This document shows positions 25,796-38,514 of a DNA stretch of 64,000 bases, piece after piece; positions within the stretch are counted from its first letter, which is position 1; every line of letters starts with the position of its first letter. Position numbers and translations under genes: made by a program. Source of the DNA: Octopus sinensis (lineage: Eukaryota); NCBI RefSeq assembly GCF_006345805.1, contig NC_043021.1:1178001-1242000 (forward strand), in the 5' to 3' direction. The notes below the pieces were generated by a model. The model was not told the origin of the DNA. It made no database searches and saw nothing but the letters and a program-made list of their open reading frames with translations.

Positions 25796-26998
25796 GGAGT
25801 AAGCACATAAATGTGAAACAAGGTAGAAAAAAGAGTGCTCAAGTAACAGAGGTAGAGTAATATGCTTTATTTAAAAGCAGTAGAAATATAACAAAAGCTG
25901 TTACTCAGATTTTCACGTTCCCGTTCGTCGGACAGTTTTGTTAAAATAGAACAGAAATAATGATATGATCAAAACCAGTTAAAGGATATACCTTTAAAAA
26001 TGGATTTGTTTCATTGTTCCTTTCAATTAACGGTTTTAAGCATGCAATGTACAAAATAAATAAAATAAATTAATTCAATATAAATTCATCCTATTATAAA
26101 AATCGAGGAAAACCTTAAATCGAAGAGCGGATTCAAAATACATATTGTAAATGCGAAATAAAATTCAGTTAATTCATTAAAAATTAAAATTAAAATTTTT
26201 ACGCTGCATTATATAAATATTTTACAACAGTATATACGCATACTAAACCATCAATATACATATATACATCAAAATACACAGATGGATGTACACAGACTAC
26301 ATACATATGCAGACATAGATATGTAAGACGTAAATATATACACAAATACACATATACACATGTACACATATGTACGCAATCATGCTCGCATGCAAAAACC
26401 ACTTAGTGTATACATATAGAAGTTGTAACGGACAAACTAGATGAGAAGTAAATTTTAAAACGTAGGGAGGTGGAAAGAAAAAGAAAAGGAAGGATCTTAG
26501 ATATAACAGTTAGCGAGAGAAAGAGGTGAGAGGAGGGGAGAGGAGCGCAATTTCGATACCTTATGATAAAGGCAAGGAATTCTGTCTTCTCTGTAATTCT
26601 GAACTATTTTTTATTCTTTTTTCTTAAAATCCCCCTGTAAACACGGTTATAGAGCGTGCATACCGAATCAAACATTGGTAGAAACACACCTCTAGTTCAT
26701 ATAAGTGATATCTCTCATTATATATAATTTACACATTAATTTTCTTACATTTTACATTCACTAGATATATCTTTTTCCAAGACTTTAGGGTTTTATTTAA
26801 TTTACATATCGTTATATACTTCTCATTGATTTGGTTTTTTCTTTCCTTTGCCCCTCCTTTTACCATAGGCTACTTTTGACGTTATATCCTATAACGCTTT
26901 TTTAAAACAAACTTAATAGCGTTCAGTTAATCACTATATATATCCAACATGTCTTATTGACATGTTAAAATGTCTTATTGACGAGTTTCATTTCTTCA

Positions 26999-27085
26999 TT
27001 TCTCTGAAGAGAAGATTACATTGTTTTACAGCATTTTATTCCTTTGGAATAATATCAGTGATATCTTCGAAACATGTGTCGGAAG
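26999..27085 (+). ncRNA. Minimal type I hammerhead ribozyme motif
   Basis: TTTCT-CTGAAGA-GAAGAT...ATCTTC-GAAA-CATGTG-TC-GGAAG; intact core with GUC triplet. Confidence 0.65.
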
Positions 27086-28957
27086 GAAAATAATTTGAAT
27101 AACACTTGCGTTTAAATTTGAAAACAACTGGAACAAAATTGGAGACAGTGATTCAAACCCCAAAGATCCCCAAGGAAAATTTCTGATATTTATTTCATTG
27201 CTTCATAAGTCAACTGAACACTCTCGCGTCTTTTTCACCATTGACTTAGAACTATATTAGAGATTCTCCAGGACACCCAGCCATCTTTACGTTGAAATGC
27301 TTGTGTCATCTCTAATCACACCTAATCTGCTGATAATCACCTTACATTACATATTTGTGTTTTCTATCAGGTCTTAAAAAGAAACTTTAAATCTGCCAGT
27401 ATATATATATATAAAGTATATATATAAAGTTCGGCTTTTGACATTTCGGGCGGCTTGGCCTCTGAGAGCAGCAGAACTGTTTTAGCTTTTAGAAGAAGGA
27501 GAAAAGGTGGATTCTGGCGTCGGAAGAACGTGTGATCCGGAAGGACGGAACTTCTATGGAAGGTAGTTACTGAAAGAGAGAATAAGCTCTGATTTTAAAC
27601 CTATGCTACCCAGGAAAAAGTTTTCGGGAGTAAACCTGTTGATAAATCCTGAGCTGAAGTTTCATATAATTTATTTCAGTTTATGATAAATATTTATTAA
27701 AGTCGAAATGCTCTCGTATGGCTTTCTTCAATCCTCTGTTTTTAATGTACCTTCATGCCTATGCATGTTAAATTAAATCTATTGTTGGTGTTTTTTTATT
27801 GTATTTGTTCAAGTAAAGTGTCATTGCTCGATGAAACGATTGCGAGGGAACATACAACGGGCCAGATGTAGTTGGAAAAAAAAAACTGTAGAATAGAAGA
27901 ATCACTCGAGTAAAATAGAAATAGTTTGGGAGGTTATCGACCTTTTCATGTGAAATAAAATACTGGTTTAAACCTAAATTGTAAAATACCTAATCGAAAG
28001 ACAATGGAATTTAGAGAAATAGAAACACTCCTTTTCCACATATCGCTCCAATCTACTTTTCGCCAATGCAGTGTATTTGATTGTAGGTATACACAATTAC
28101 AATTTTATAATCATAGGAACGAAGTAACAAAGGATGATATGAACTATAAAAGCGCTCAACGCTGAATGAAATTTAAGCTGATTTACTCAAATACATTTGA
28201 TTACATTGGAATGAAAACACCAACTGTCGTTTTATGACTCACGTTTTTTAAAAATATTTATTATGTACAGGTCATGTCTTTGAACAGGGTGTTGAACTAA
28301 TCGTATTCTAATTCACTTAGCTCTGACAAATAAACATAAATGTTTGATACAATGGAAGTGGGTTTCTACTTGCAGTGATTTATGTTTCCTCCACCCACCG
28401 CTCGGTACTAATAAGTTCTTTAGGTCTAATGACCTTTCGAAGATTCGGAGACATTCATTCTGACATATCTTAATGATTTCATAATTAAATCTCTGTAGAT
28501 AGGAGATATTCTTAAAATGTTGCCATCCACCACTTTGTCACAGCGGAAACTACTAAACAACCAAATTACCCAAGCTGTGAATTCTTTTTTTTACCACAGT
28601 TCCAATGCAATAACGTTTATCCAATCCATGAGTTACCAATCGATCAACCGATTCCCCGTTTCTCCTTTTCTCCATTGTCTCAACTCTCTATCACTGCCTT
28701 CCAAATAAATATGAATAAAAAAGAGTATTAAGATTATCTCCCTTCTCAATCGAAGTCAGTCGTAATTTCCGCTAGGCGTTTGTTTACTGTCTTAATATAA
28801 TTCCAGTAAACCAAAATGTTATGCGGTATGCTATTTAATATACCTTCTATTTATTTTTGTTGTTCAAATTCACACCATTGGCACTATCAGTTCTTTCTTT
28901 TAACTCATTTTTGCTTTATTCATACATGCACGCATACATACATAACAGCTGGTTTCT

Positions 28958-28989
<32 letters not shown>

Positions 28990-29014
28990 CATAGATACAT
29001 ACATACATACATAC

Positions 29015-29800
29015 AAAAATACCCTGTTGCTGTTGTTGAAAATCCAATGAAGGAACCTTTGATCTAGGTTAGAAACCGGTTCCTTTTCTATTGGCAAGAA
29101 ATCTTGAAATAAACCGAATAATGACATACATACATACATACATACATACATACATACATACATACATACATACATACATACATACATACGTACGTACATA
29201 CATAAACAAAAAAAAAACAGTGAAGCCTTTGGAGTCCCAAGATGCACCTAAAATATGGAGAGTCACATTTCTGTGGAAATGTGGTCAGCTGCTGCCAAAA
29301 TACCTCATCAAGGTACTACCATTTACTGCAACACAACGGTATCGCTAAAACAACGTAGAATGCTGTCTGGAAAAAGGGAGCATTTACCCGTTATTGAATA
29401 CGTACACAAATATCACAAAAGGAATATTTGTGGAAGATTCCCATCAAACTTCCTATCTCGTGTATATACAAAAGGCCACGTTTCGTTGATTGGGACAGTC
29501 AAGAAAAGTCTGTAACCATCATAGAATTCAGCTGTTCTGCAGATGGGAATATCTCTTCGAAAATCAGAAAGCGGACAACTACGGATAATTGCTTAGAAAG
29601 CTTTAGCTTTCATAAGCAGATTATAAATTTATATTTATTCCAGTAATAATTCGCTTTCTAATTAAATGCCAAAGTGACAATCTGAATAAGCTGGGCATTC
29701 AGAAAAAGAAATCGTCCAGCCAACTCGCACCTGTAAGCGTGATTTTCTCAAGGTCTAAATATGAATTACTTTTTGTTATGCATAAAAATATGTGTAGATA
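29015..29800 (+). mobile_element. R4/Dong-like fragments (terminal 3' piece 29015-29125; RLE relic 29210-29800) among (CATA)n tracts
   Basis: AAATACCCTG...GATCTAGGTTAGAAACC...GAAATAAA piece between CATA runs; WDSQEKSVTIIEFSC is homologous to WDREEKLRTVVEISC at about 41650. Confidence 0.7.
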
Positions 29801-29864
29801 CACATGTATGTATGTATGTATGTATGTATGTATGTATGTATGTATGTATGTATGTATGTATGTA

Positions 29865-29897
<33 letters not shown>

Positions 29898-30339
29898 ATG
29901 TACCTGTCAATAACAAATCTTCTCTTTGTATAACGAAAAGTTCGCTATTGGCAGATTTTCATTAAATAAATATTTTTTTTTTCGTCTGCTCTGAAAACAC
30001 TAACACTAACATACTTCAAGGATCAAGGAAGCCCTTTGGATTAATAATCGATCCGAGTGAGACGAGATTTTACACTTGTTCTGCGTTCTTTTACGCCTTC
30101 TGCCTATCTTGCTACCTTTCTACGCTTCCTCTTACATCTCCCTCTCTCAAAACCACCGGATTTTGTTACTTGGAGATTTACCCATCAGCATTGTTGAGGC
30201 TTCCAAAACAACTATTCTTCATATATTTGTTTTTATTTATACAGTATTATAAGTATTCCAAAATCTTTAAAGTTTACATGGAAATTCTTAACAAATTATA
30301 TTTTCATTTTAAACCTACAAACCAAATAATATACAAGCA

Positions 30340-30680
30340 TATGGCGGAAGAACGTAAACGGAATGCATATTCTATCAAAACTAAAAAGGAATTCTTGATT
30401 ATATGAGAAAACACAAAGCTTCATCTGTAATGAAAAAGAGAAATATGCCAAAATCAACAATATCCAAACTTAAAAAAAAGAAACGAGAAAAAAATATGTA
30501 CTTATAATGAATGCTTCAATCGGGAAAGAATTTAAATACACACACACACAAAATAAAAACTACAGCCAATTAAGACGAAGGTAGATGAATCACTTAATGA
30601 ACTTTAAAATATTAGATCACTAAAAATCTCAATAAATGGGAATATCATCAAAGAAAAATCTTTGGAAATTGCGAAGGAGA
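30340..30680 (+). mobile_element. Tigger/pogo-like transposase N-terminal (CENP-B HTH) relic
   Basis: MAEERKRNAYSIKTK...MPKSTIS...INGNIIKEKSLEIA. Confidence 0.65.
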
Positions 30681-30816
30681 ACGATGGAAAGAAGTAACCA
30701 GAAATGCTAGAAGCCACTTTATGAGACCCTCAGACATCAATCTGTCGTCGACTGTGGTCGTATTGCCACGTGGTGCCTCTTTGTTTTGCAGTGTTTCTCC
30801 CCTGTCGACTTTTGCG

Positions 30817-31245
30817 ATGGTTAAAACCAAGAACAGCGTGCTTCCGTGAAATTCTATTTTCTGCTTGGGGAAAGCGGCGGCTGAAACAGTTGTCATGCTT
30901 CAAACAGCTCACAAGGACGCTGCCATGAGTAAAACACATGTTAACGAGTGGTTTCCAGACTTTAGGAATGGTCACTTGTCGCTTAAAGACCAACCTTATT
31001 CAGGGCGACCGTCGACCTCCCGAACAAATGAAAACATCACGAAAATTCATGAACTGATCTTGGAGGACCGTCACCGAACAATTGATGAACTTGTTGATAC
31101 GACTGCTCTGTCCTGGAGTTCCTGCCAACGAATTTTGAGCAAGGAATTGCGAATGAAAAGAGTTGCAGCAAAAGTTGTACCTCGCTTGCTCACGGGAGAT
31201 TAAAAGCCCTCGCGACTGAATGCGTGTCGTGAACTGAAAATACAA
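30817..31245 (+). mobile_element. Mariner transposase N-terminal (HTH) relic
   Basis: EQRASVKF...GKAAAET...EWF..FRNG...SGRPSTS...RILSKELRMKRVAAKVVPRLLT (WVPR-like motif). Confidence 0.88.
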
Positions 31246-31741
31246 CTGCCTCTGCTTCCCTTAATACTAAACTGAGGGGGATCAAACAGAAAAGAAATAT
31301 AAAAAGGGACAACGAGTCCGCCTGGAAAATTTATCTTTTGACATGAACTTCCCCTCAGAGTGTGTTACCTGTGCAGTACTCTATTACATTTCTTCGTGCT
31401 AAATCTAATTAATTCTCTTATGTTGTCTGATCTACTGAATATACTCAAACATTCACTTATCCATGAATGTGAAATCATGTCATAGGCTTTCCTATAATCT
31501 ATTCATGCTCTTGTTAGATTTTTCTTTCTAGCTTTTACTACATTTAGAATGCGTTGTCTATATATAACAGATCATGCATTTCTCAAGCCTTCTTCCTGCA
31601 ACCTTTTTGTTCTTCTGGTAGTAAATTCTGGTTGTCAAGGTTAATGCTACTCCCGTTCTATTATTGTGCCAAATCCTTTCTCTTTGATTAAGTATCTTTC
31701 CTCGCGCGAAGATTTGCATCTTATGTTTCCTAACTTGTTTG

Positions 31742-31925
31742 TTATGTATTTATATGAATATGTTTTATCATATCTAATGCGTCTACTATGACAGAAATTG
31801 TTTCTGATTTTAGATTCCACATTCGACTTATTTCTGTTTCCAGATTTTTGTATTTTGAAAGGATCTCCATTTCTTTTAGAGAAACATTATCATCTGTTGG
31901 TATTGATACATCGATTAAGAATAAT
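31742..31925 (-). mobile_element. R4/Dong-like RLE fragment
   Basis: LIDVSIPTDDNVSLKEMEILSKYKNLE...MWNLK; same family as 63632-64000. Confidence 0.8.
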
Positions 31926-33120
31926 CGATGTTTGCTCCTACTGCGAAGCATCATGGGCAACTGTCTTCTGCTAAAGACTTGGATCGAGCTGAGTCTTGAA
32001 TGCCAACTCTAATATACAGAAACCAAGTAAAAGGCTGCCAGAAACATCGTTCTTGTTCTTAGCTGGAAGACTTAACGTTCAACAGTGCCATTGACCTCAA
32101 AACAAAGTTTCTCCAAGCTAGGTTCATGGAAGAATTTGAACTCAGCATTGCAAGTTTTGAAACAGCTACCAGTTACACAATATTGTTGGGCACAGTAGAA
32201 GGTGATAGAATACGTACCATGAACACATCGGATCGAATCGGGTTTCAGTTCATTTAAATTTCCATTTAACTTTGATAACGGGAACAAAGGGTACATTTAG
32301 AGGTGACCAGTAAGAAGCATTTGGGCCAGTTCCCATAACTCTTACCTTTTATTCATTAGTGAATGATCTCGCATAAAATTAAGATATTTGTTAAAAATAG
32401 AATATATTTTCCAAATGGTTCAACTGCACTGGTTTTTTCCACCTCACCATGACCTAGAACTCTATTTCGGCTTTTAACTTAATTATCATGGCGGAACATG
32501 TCTTCCCGGCGTCCTTATCATTTTTATTTATGTTCATGTCGTATTTCTGTTGTCCCATATGTAAATCAGTAATGTAATAAATGTCATGATCGCATTCTAT
32601 TACTCGTGTATAAATATAACATACACACACACACTCATACACAAATACACATATAGGCACACATACCCCCCCCCCCCCACACACACACAAATACACAGTC
32701 ATATCTGGATATGGTATTCGTATAAATGATATTATGCATTATAAGTACTTAGTTGCGATTTGGGTAGCATCGTGAACCGCATAAAAATCGTCATTAGCCG
32801 AGCAGATCGGTCATGAATTATACTTCAGTGCATTTGCACTGCACTTTCTTAAATTAAATAGTTTAAGAACTTACTGATATTTAATTGAACAATTTAATTT
32901 CTCTAAGTATTTCATTCGTTTCACATATAATTTGTCAGCCATAAGTGCTAATAGAACGGACGTTCTATTAGCACTTCACAGTTTCAAATCAGTACTTTTT
33001 ACGTTTAATGTTTTTACGTTTAATGTTTTTACGTTTCTTTTGCTGTGTCTGGGGAGAGTCATTCTCTTTTAACGCCTTATTATTTAATACACTCACCTTT
33101 AAAGTTTTCCCTCATTTACT

Positions 33121-33918
33121 TATTTATTTTTGACCCCGAAAGGATGAAAGGTAGACCTCAGCGGAATTTGAACTCAGAACGTAGCGGCAGACGAAATACC
33201 ACTAAGCCTTTCGCCCGGCGTGCTGACGATTCTTTTCTATTCTAGGCACAAGACTCGAAATTTTGGGGGAGGGCGCTAGTCGATTAGATCGACCCCAGTA
33301 CGCAACTGGTACTTAATTTATCGACCCGAAAGGATGAAAGGCAAAGTCGACCTCGGCGGAATTTGAACTCACAACGTAAAGACAACCGAAATACCTATTT
33401 CTTTACTACTCACAAGGGGCTAAACACAGAGGGGACAAACAAGGACATGAATGCGGATTAAGTCGATTACATCGACCCCAGTGCGTAACTGGTACTTATT
33501 TAATCGACCCCGAAAGGATGAAAGGCAAAGTCGACCTCGGCGGAATTTGAACTCACAACGTAACGGCAGACGAAATACCTATTTCTTTACTACCCACAAG
33601 GGGCTAAACACAGAGAGGACAAACGGATTAAGTCGATTATATCAACTCCAGTGCGTAACTGGTACTTATTTAATCGACCCCGAAAGGATGAAAGGCAAAG
33701 TCGAACTCGGCGGAATTTGAACTCAGAACGTAACGGCAGACGAAATACCTATTTCTTTACTACCCACAAGGGGCTAAACACAGAGAGGACAAACGGATTA
33801 AGTCGATTATATCAACTCCAGTGCGTAACTGGTACTTATTTAATCGACCCCGAAAGGATGAAAGGCAAAGTCGAACTCGGTGGAATTTGAACTCAGAACG
33901 TAACGGCAGACGAAATAC
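33121..33918 (-). mobile_element. Head-to-tail array of five family B tRNA-SINE units (three ~170-185-bp units carry a Tx1-like 3' tail)
   Basis: Repeated TCGACCCCGAAAGGATGAAAGGCAAAGTCGA...GGAATTTGAACTC (B box) units; junctions at 33395, 33579 and 33749 all follow GAAATACC. Confidence 0.88.
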
Positions 33919-36900
33919 GAATTTCTTTATTGCCCATCGGGGGCCAAACATAGATATGGGCAGTACAACTGATGGGATCAGTGAATCGATATTATTTTAC
34001 ATAAATGTGACTTTAAAAATAAAATACAATACATAAAAAATCGAATGGAATACGCAGTACAAAGCAATACAAATGAAACGATGATCAGGTTACGCTCCGA
34101 TCCCACAAGCCCCGATCTACCGCTGATACCTTTTTTTTTCCTTTTTTTTCCGTCTATTCACACGGTTCCTTGCACGCACAACACTCGTGCAACATGCTTC
34201 CATCTCTTTTGGAACGTACACTCTGACAGACACCTCTTCTCCAGCCACAGTTTCCTTTTCAAATGAAAAGAAAAAACAAATCGTAAATTGTGACCAGAGA
34301 TAAAGTTGCCTGTCTTAATTCCTTTTATCCTAGTCTTCCATACAGCCTCTTTTGCTATTGCTACAACCGTGAGAAAACAATTCTTACCTTCGTTCGTTAG
34401 AACTCCCGGTGGGTCAATTTTTATAATTGACTCAGTCGACAGTTGTACTCTTCCTTCGCCGGACAACAGGTGTTCAGCATAAGCCCACATTTCAGTTATA
34501 TCCGGACACTGAACAATAGCGTGAGGGACGGTTTCCCTGTCCCCCCCCCCGCATCTTGGACAGGTCGGCGACTGACGTATACCATGTCTTGCGAGCTTAT
34601 CCCAAACGGGCAAGGCACCTCTGTAGCATTGCCAGGTTAAGGACTTTTGGAAGTTGTCCAACGTTCTCAACCCGAATGTACGATGAAACAGGCTGTCCAG
34701 TTGAATAAATCCGAGACCTAGAGTCGACCCCAGGCCATCGTCACATTCAGACTCTACCAACCCACTATATAAAATCCGTGTGGAACCCCCACCACTGGCG
34801 TTGCCCGAGCGCCGGAACAGCAAGAGGGCCTTACGGCACTCTTTATGCCACTCACTCGACCTCGGTCTACGAGAACACCAGGCTCCCTGTTCGCAAAAAC
34901 TCTTGAACTCAGGGAACATTTGTCTGGCTAGCGGAGACCAGACCCGTTCACTATCCAGGAGAATCCAGAGGTGCCTCAACCTCAACGCATGTCTGCGCAT
35001 CATTAACCAAGGCATCCCTAAACCTCCCTTTAAAGGCTTTTGACAGCAGACAGAGCGTTTCACAAGTGGCGACCTGCCCTTCCACAAAAAGTGAAAGAGC
35101 TGTCTCTCCAACCTGATCAACCACGAATCCGGACAGGGTACGACGGTCAAGCGGTAAGTAATGACCGATGCGATAAACACATTGGCCACCCCCGCCCTCC
35201 CTTTCAGGGATAGCCACCGTCAAGACCAGGTCTTGACTACTTCAGCCACCCTGCTCAATATCTCCGTCCAGTTCTCTATCGGGAGGCCTGGTCCAAACCA
35301 AACTCCCAGCAACTTAACCGGTCCCTCCGTCCAGCGCCCAACAATGCTGTCTGAAGGCATCGACTTGCCAACCCAGGTGCCGAGCTGCAAGCCGACTGAC
35401 TTTTCCCGGTTAATCTTTGCTCCTGCCACCTCCTCGTAAGCCTCAATAGTCTTACCTACTTCACGTAGGCGTGCTACTGTGGTTACACTGATAGTGATAT
35501 CATCCGTGAAAGCCGTAACAAACTCCTCTAGTCCTGGTTCTCTCGGGATGCCACTCAACCTTCGCAGTAATGGCTCGAGAGCCATCACATACAAAAGTGG
35601 TGTAAGCGGACATCCTTGACGAACCGAGCGTTTGATGCAGAATGGCTTCGAAAGGAAACCGTTCACCCGAACTATCGAGTCAATGTTGTGGTACAAAGCG
35701 ATAAACCACCTGAGGAAGCCAAGACCCAGGCCAAACCGCGCAAGTACAGTCGCTAGGTATCGATGGTCAACCCTATCAAAAGCTTTAGACTGGTCCAAAT
35801 GCACCAATGCCCCACCTTTGCCATATTTATTACCAACCCTCTCTATGGTATAGCGAATAAGATGGAGGGTATCCTGAATGGTATAGCCTGGGATGGCACA
35901 TGTCTGTGCCTCCCCGACTATACCATTCGCGACACGCGCCAACCTTTTTGCTAGAACCTTAGCCAAAATCTTCACTTCTGCGTTTAACAGAGTGATGGGC
36001 CTGAAATTTTCTAGAACGTCCCCCTTGTCCGGGTCCTTTCTGACCAACGTCAATACTCCCCGGCGCACAGATCTGGGGATAAACCCATTCTGTTTCCAGT
36101 TCGCGTACACGTCAGTCAGTAGTTGCCCGAACAAGTCTGGCATACATTTATACAGCTCGTACGGAAGACCATCAAGTCCCGGCGACTTACCCGCTTTACA
36201 ATCGGCCAAAGCCTCCATCACCTCCTCAGGCGTGATTGGCCCTTCGCAAGACTCCGCATCCGATCCCGAGAGGCACGGCAGCCCGGCAAGAAAGTCCTCG
36301 AGGGCTCTCCCACCACCAGGACCGCCGTCACCCCCGAACAGCTGGGCGAAGTACTCCCGAAAGACCTCACACATTTTCTCGGGTTCGTTTACAAAGACAC
36401 CATTTTGATTCGTCAAAGACCGAATAGAGGAACTATTTTCTTGCCGAGCTTCCACCACTCGGGCCCATCCAGCGGCCTTGATTCCTTCACTTCCCATTGC
36501 ACGTAACTTAGCTCTGGCAATACTTCCCATGTGGTGGGCTTCAAGATGCTGGTTTAACTCCAGTCTTTTCACCCTCGCTTGGTCTGCATTACCAGTCCTC
36601 CAGGCTTCTTCTAGTTCCTTATCTAGACCATCTCCTATTTTACGTCCCTTCTTAGCTAAACTTATGCTAAACCTAATAGACTCATATTTGATGGCTCTTT
36701 TTAGGGCGTACCACCATTTGTTATTAATGATGGTACCTGTTAATGCCCTCTGTATTAACATCTTGATCCGCTTTCTGTACTCCTCAATCGCCAAAAGGGA
36801 CGTATTGAGTTTCCAGTAGCCAGATCCCTGTCTATGCAACTTATCTACCGTCAGTTTACAGGTAACCATCTTGTGATCACTGTAGCTGACTAGAAAAAAC

Positions 36901-36995
36901 TGTGGACACTTAACTATGGACTTATCTTTTTCTCTAATTAAAATCCTATCTAGATATGTTCTGGTAGACCCGTCACTATTTGACCACGTCCAACC
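33919..36995 (-). mobile_element. 5'-truncated L1/Tx1-clade LINE: APE C-terminus, RT and CCHC, with one in-frame stop
   Basis: 36995-36870 translates GWTWSNSDGSTRTYLDR...SDHK. Then KSPGLDGLP, FRPITLLN, LDQSKAFDRV, RQGCPL, FTDD; TGA at 35220-35222 is in frame with ORF 34158-35189 (CPRC...H...C). AATAAA at the 3' end. Confidence 0.95.
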
Positions 36996-37078
36996 GGAAT
37001 TTGAACTCAGAACGTAACGGCAGACGAAATACTGTTAAGCATTTCGCCCGGCGTGCTAACGTTTCTGCCAGCTCGCCG
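36996..37078 (-). mobile_element. Intact family B SINE tRNA head (A and B boxes) abutting the LINE 5' truncation
   Basis: Minus strand GGCGAGCTGGCAGAAACGTTAGC...GAGTTCAAATTCC. Confidence 0.85.
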
Positions 37079-37158
37079 CTACATAATATATAAAATAGTA
37101 ATGATAATAACAACAACAACAACAACAACAACAACATAACAACAACAACAACAACAAC

Positions 37159-37218
<60 letters not shown>

Positions 37219-37231
37219 GATAATGATAATC

Positions 37232-37454
37232 TTTTTTACTTTAGTTACAAGGCGCCAAATTTTTTGGGAGGGGTTAAGTCGATTAGATCGACCCCAGTAC
37301 GGAATTAGTACTTAATTTATCGACCCGGAAGGATGAAAGGCAAAGTCTTCCACGGCGGAATTTGAACTGAGGACATAGCAGCTGACGAAATATCGCTAAG
37401 CATTTCGCCCGGCGTGCTAACAATTCTGCCAGCTTGCCGCTATATAGTATATAA

Positions 37455-37485
<31 letters not shown>

Positions 37486-37657
37486 TAATAATAATTATTA
37501 TTATTATTATTTCTTTACTGCCCACAAGGGGCTAAACATAGAGGGGACAAACAAGGACAGACGAAGGTATTAAGTCGATTATATCGCCCCCAGTGCGAAA
37601 CTGGTACTTTATTTATCGACCCCGAAAGGATGAAAGGCAAAGTTGACCTCGGCGGAA
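37232..37657 (-). mobile_element. Two further family B SINEs (37232-37440 near full length; 37510-37657 truncated, Tx1-type tail) within (TAA)n
   Basis: Same core GAAAGGATGAAAGGCAAAG with two different tail types. Confidence 0.8.
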
Positions 37658-37680
37658 TAATAATAATCATAATAATAATA

Positions 37681-37711
<31 letters not shown>

Positions 37712-37762
37712 TATAATAATAATAATAATGATAATGATGATAATAATAATAATAATAATAAT

Positions 37763-37847
<85 letters not shown>

Positions 37848-37874
37848 AAAAGAAGAACAGCAACAACAACACGT

Positions 37875-37904
<30 letters not shown>

Positions 37905-37909
<5 letters not shown>

Positions 37910-38126
37910 TTTACATGTTTTAGATTGTGGCCATTCAAAGGAATCGGCCCAAGTGCTTATTTTTTAAAGTCTAGTACTTATTCTATGTGTCTCTCACCCA
38001 GCTGCTATGTTGCGGCGGCGTACACACACACCAACACCGATTGTGAAACGGTGGAGGAACACAGACACAAAAGCACACATAAAGACACACACGTACGCAC
38101 ACACATACACATGCACATACACACAT

Positions 38127-38191
<65 letters not shown>

Positions 38192-38430
38192 AATTAATTT
38201 ACTCTGCTATGTATTGAGTACCTTATTTACTGTGGTTAACCCCGACTCAACCCGGGACCTACATATATATATATATGTATATATACGACGGGCTTCTTTC
38301 AGTTTCCGTGTACCAAATCCACTTACAAGTCTTTGGTCGGCCCAAGGTTATAGTAGAAGGCACTTACCCAAGTTACGAGGCAGTGGGATTGAACCCAAAA
38401 CCATGTGGCTGGGGAAAAAGCTTTTTTCCT
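37905..38430 (-). mobile_element. Family A SINE, degenerate and interrupted
   Basis: TACTTATTCTAT...ACACCAACACCG...GGGCTTCTTTCAGTTTCCG...CCCAAG...GAACCC. Confidence 0.65.
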
Positions 38431-38514
38431 CGGCAGCCTCATCATTTGCCGGATCATTCATGTGGCAAGGCTTCCTCTTTGCTGTCAATTACAATAGACA
38501 ACCGTCAAGAGAGT

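Noticed and set aside
33396-33918. CRISPR-like repeat-spacer array
   Set aside because: The units are whole SINE bodies with near-identical intervening sequence.
34158-36869. Two separate genes or programmed read-through
   Set aside because: Both ORFs are in frame and form one LINE ORF2 broken by a single TGA in a 5'-truncated copy.
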